Shown here one piece after another: positions 61,771-64,000 of a DNA stretch of 64,000 nt. Numbering within the stretch: the first letter of the stretch is position 1; every line of letters starts with the position of its first letter. The DNA is from an uncultured Microbacteriaceae bacterium. Its GTDB lineage: Bacteria > Actinomycetota > Actinomycetes > Actinomycetales > Microbacteriaceae. Made by a program: the position numbers and the translations under genes. The stretch lies in the NCBI GenBank assembly GCA_937920245.1, contig CALGUV010000149.1, positions 14,033 through 78,032 of the forward strand. Reading direction: 5' to 3'. Below the pieces are notes generated by a model, which saw only the letters and a list, made by a program, of their open reading frames with translations, was not told the DNA's origin and made no database searches.

Positions 61771-61791
61771 ATTATTGAGCCCTCAATTGAG
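61754..61791. repeat. Perfect 16-bp inverted repeat (6-nt loop) spanning the permease start codon
   Basis: CTCAATTGAGGGCTCA-tattat-TGAGCCCTCAATTGAG. Confidence 0.95.
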
Positions 61792-61820
61792 TTACCAGTT
61801 GTCGTAATGACGTTGATTAT

Positions 61821-62927
61821 TTAACGGTAAGGAGGTGCGTAGAGAATTCCACCGTCGTTCCACAGTGAGTTCAGACCGCGGTCTAGACCCAGTGGGGTTA
61901 GGTGACGTGCAAATATCTCTCCGTAGTTTCCAACCTGCTTGACTACCTGGTAAGCAAAGTCGGTAGGCAATGAAAGGTTTGGATCTAGAACGGCGGCTCC
62001 GTCGCTACCTGGAACTTCTGCTCCAAGGAAACGAAGTATTCCTACGTCCGTTGTCGTGTCGCGAATGCTGTCAACGTTTGCACTGGTGATACCAAACTCT
62101 TCAGCCTGGATCGTTGCAAGTATTGCCCAGTTGACTGCCTGTGCCCAAGCGGTGTCGCCGTCCAGCACTGCTGGGGCTAGCGGCTCCTTTGAGAACACTT
62201 CTGGAAGAATCGTCAGTGCGTCACTTCCGTTCGGGTAAGCAGAGCGAAGCCCAGTTAGCTGGCTGACGTCTGATGACCATCCATCACACTGTCCGGCAAG
62301 GAAAGCCTCCAGAATTAGGTCGGTCTCATCGAATGAACGGATTTCCCAGTTGAGACCCAAGCGCGACGACTCAAGAGCAGCGTTGCCCTCAGTAGTTGTT
62401 CCCTTGGCTACACAGATGATTGCACCATCCATTGCGCTTATCTTGCTGTAACCGCTATCCGAGGCAACCATCATTCCCTGGCCGTCGTAGAAAGTTGGCT
62501 GAAGGAAGTTTGCACCCTCGCTACCATCCCTCGTCGCAGTCCAAGTTGTGTTTCGGACTAGAACGTCAATCGCTCCGCTCTGAAGTGCTGTGAAGCGGTC
62601 TGCGGTCTCGAGATCAATCATCTCAACAGCATTAGCATCTCCAAGGACCGCTGCGGCGATAACGCGACAGAAGTCCGAGTCGAATCCAACGTGCTCACCG
62701 GAATCGTTTAGAACTGCAAAGCCCGGGAGGGCGTCGCGAGTTCCACAACGTACTGAGCCTGCAGCGATAACGCTGTCTAGCATTGAACCTGCCGCCTCAG
62801 TTGTAGTGGTCGTTGTCGTCTGCGTTGCAGCAGGAGTTGTTGTCTCAGCTTCGGTGCTGGCACAACCTGCCAAAAATAGTCCTGCAGCTGAAGCAACTGC
62901 TAGAACCGATAATGATTTGCTTTTCAC
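61821..62927 (-). CDS. Amino acid ABC substrate-binding lipoprotein (AapJ/BztA-like)
   Basis: Lipobox LAGC, Thr-rich linker, GFDSDFCR, RFTALQSGAIDVLVRNTTWT and VGNYGEIF; GAAAGGGG SD before GTG 62927. Confidence 0.92.
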   Translation of the reverse strand: MKSKSLSVLAVASAAGLFLAGCASTEAETTTPAATQTTTTTTTEAAGSMLDSVIAAGSVRCGTRDALPGFAVLNDSGEHVGFDSDFCRVIAAAVLGDANAVEMIDLETADRFTALQSGAIDVLVRNTTWTATRDGSEGANFLQPTFYDGQGMMVASDSGYSKISAMDGAIICVAKGTTTEGNAALESSRLGLNWEIRSFDETDLILEAFLAGQCDGWSSDVSQLTGLRSAYPNGSDALTILPEVFSKEPLAPAVLDGDTAWAQAVNWAILATIQAEEFGITSANVDSIRDTTTDVGILRFLGAEVPGSDGAAVLDPNLSLPTDFAYQVVKQVGNYGEIFARHLTPLGLDRGLNSLWNDGGILYAPPYR

Positions 62928-63070
62928 GTGTCCCCTTTCAATGGAGAAACATCTCACTCCTAAATTTCTTCGAGAGTGGCAAGAGCCAAGTGGTCTTGTA
63001 GGGCAAGACTATGCCTGGCAGTAATTGGATACCCTCGTCAAGGGCCGATTGTTATCTAAGCGTGACGGGC

Positions 63071-63664
63071 CTAAATTGTTTTTTCTAGGTAGCAATTTGC
63101 ACAAAGCGACTCATAGGTAACTTGGTCCCCATCAATGGCGACTTGCTCACCGTCAAAGACGAATACCCCATTCAATAGCCTCCCATTGAACATTGCCTTT
63201 CGCCCACAGCGGCAAATCGTCTTTAGTTCTTCTAGGCTGTGTGAAATCTCGAGCAGTCTCTTGCTTCCAGGGAAGCTCAGGGTCTTAAAATCGGTCCGAA
63301 TTCCGTAGGCCAAAACCGGGACCCCATCAAGCACGGCAATCTCAAGACATTGGTCGACTTGCTCCGGAGTCAGAAACTGAGCCTCATCTAAAAGCAGGCA
63401 AGCTATCTTCTTGTTTTCAGCTCGGTTCAAAGTCTCCGCTTCGCTTGCAAACTTTTCGCGCAGGTTCTGAGTCGGGGTGATCAGGAAGTCAACGTCTCTA
63501 GATACGCCCAGTCTGCTGATTATGGACTTATCGCCCTTGGAGTCGACTGAAGGCTTAGCAATCAGGACGTGCTGAGATCGCTCTTCATAGTTGTAGGCAG
63601 CCTGAAGCAGGGCGGTGGATTTGCCTGAATTCATGGCGCCGTAGCGAAAATAAAGTTTGCTCAT
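63071..63664 (-). CDS. tdk: Thymidine kinase
   Basis: YGAMNSGKST, LDEAQF, YGIRTDF, ICRCG and CANC. Confidence 0.96.
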   Translation of the reverse strand: MSKLYFRYGAMNSGKSTALLQAAYNYEERSQHVLIAKPSVDSKGDKSIISRLGVSRDVDFLITPTQNLREKFASEAETLNRAENKKIACLLLDEAQFLTPEQVDQCLEIAVLDGVPVLAYGIRTDFKTLSFPGSKRLLEISHSLEELKTICRCGRKAMFNGRLLNGVFVFDGEQVAIDGDQVTYESLCANCYLEKTI

Positions 63665-64000
63665 AACCCCTAGATGTTATCGGCTGAAACCTCTCTAGGC
63701 TGCTGCTCTTGCCCAGTGGCTCAAAAACATTTTGACTTTTCTAGGGCTCGAGGTTTATCCTCAAGGCAACGATTCAGGACATTGGGGAAGATGTTTATCT
63801 GAATCGGAGGTCGAAAACTGGACAACTGTCTGTTGTGGGTTCTGTCTTGCCCGCAAGATAAGTGCAAGGAAATAGACGAAATCCTTGCAGGGTTTTCTGC
63901 GTCCAGAGCATGGTTTGCTCAGCCAGCATTACCCTCGACCTACCAGCTCCAAACAAGCATTAAGTGCCCTGGTGGCATCTGTGCTGATCTGGCATCTGAG

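Noticed and set aside
62790-62850. Thr-rich repetitive DNA in the SBP gene
   Set aside because: Ordinary flexible lipoprotein tether.
63665-64000. Possible gene or pseudogene at the right edge
   Set aside because: Only short frames in both directions (for example a 44-aa minus-strand ORF) with no recognisable motif; cannot be resolved at the window edge.

Overview
Compact, tightly packed chromosomal segment of a Microbacteriaceae actinobacterium. Gene order, short intergenic spacers and moderate GC (judged by eye, not computed) suggest a streamlined freshwater Aquiluna/Rhodoluna-like lineage; this is inference. Most of the window is core housekeeping: clpX(partial)-benE, valS/ileS-folC-ndk, rne-rplU-rpmA-obgE-proBA-nadD-rsfS-tRNA-Ala, pabC/pabB, leuS-comEA-comEC-holA, rpsT, lepA-hemW-hrcA-dnaJ-rsmE-hit-phoH-ybeY-CBS-era, leuA, recO-uppS-glyQS-dusB-dgt-dnaG-tRNA-Asn, azlCD, def and tdk. 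No CRISPR array, IS, integrase or prophage was seen. Main points of interest: (1) a tightly linked type III PKS / ICMT-type methyltransferase / FAD oxidoreductase / UbiA prenyltransferase operon (agq/srs-like prenylated alkyl-hydroquinone pathway) behind a tRNA(CAT), preceded by a 16-bp tandem repeat; (2) a two-gene SOS cassette without imuA/imuB, made of a small ImuB-C-terminus-like protein and a DnaE2 with its own clamp-binding-like motif, behind a 36-bp near-perfect palindrome containing a consensus LexA box; (3) an AapJQMP/BztABCD-type amino-acid ABC operon whose first permease SD and start codon lie in a perfect 16-bp hairpin; (4) a Leu-codon leader peptide upstream of leuA, a CIRCE upstream of hrcA, a ComEC lacking its N-terminal region, and a GT4 with an 11-mer amphipathic tail. 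All family assignments come from motif recognition; no database search was run.
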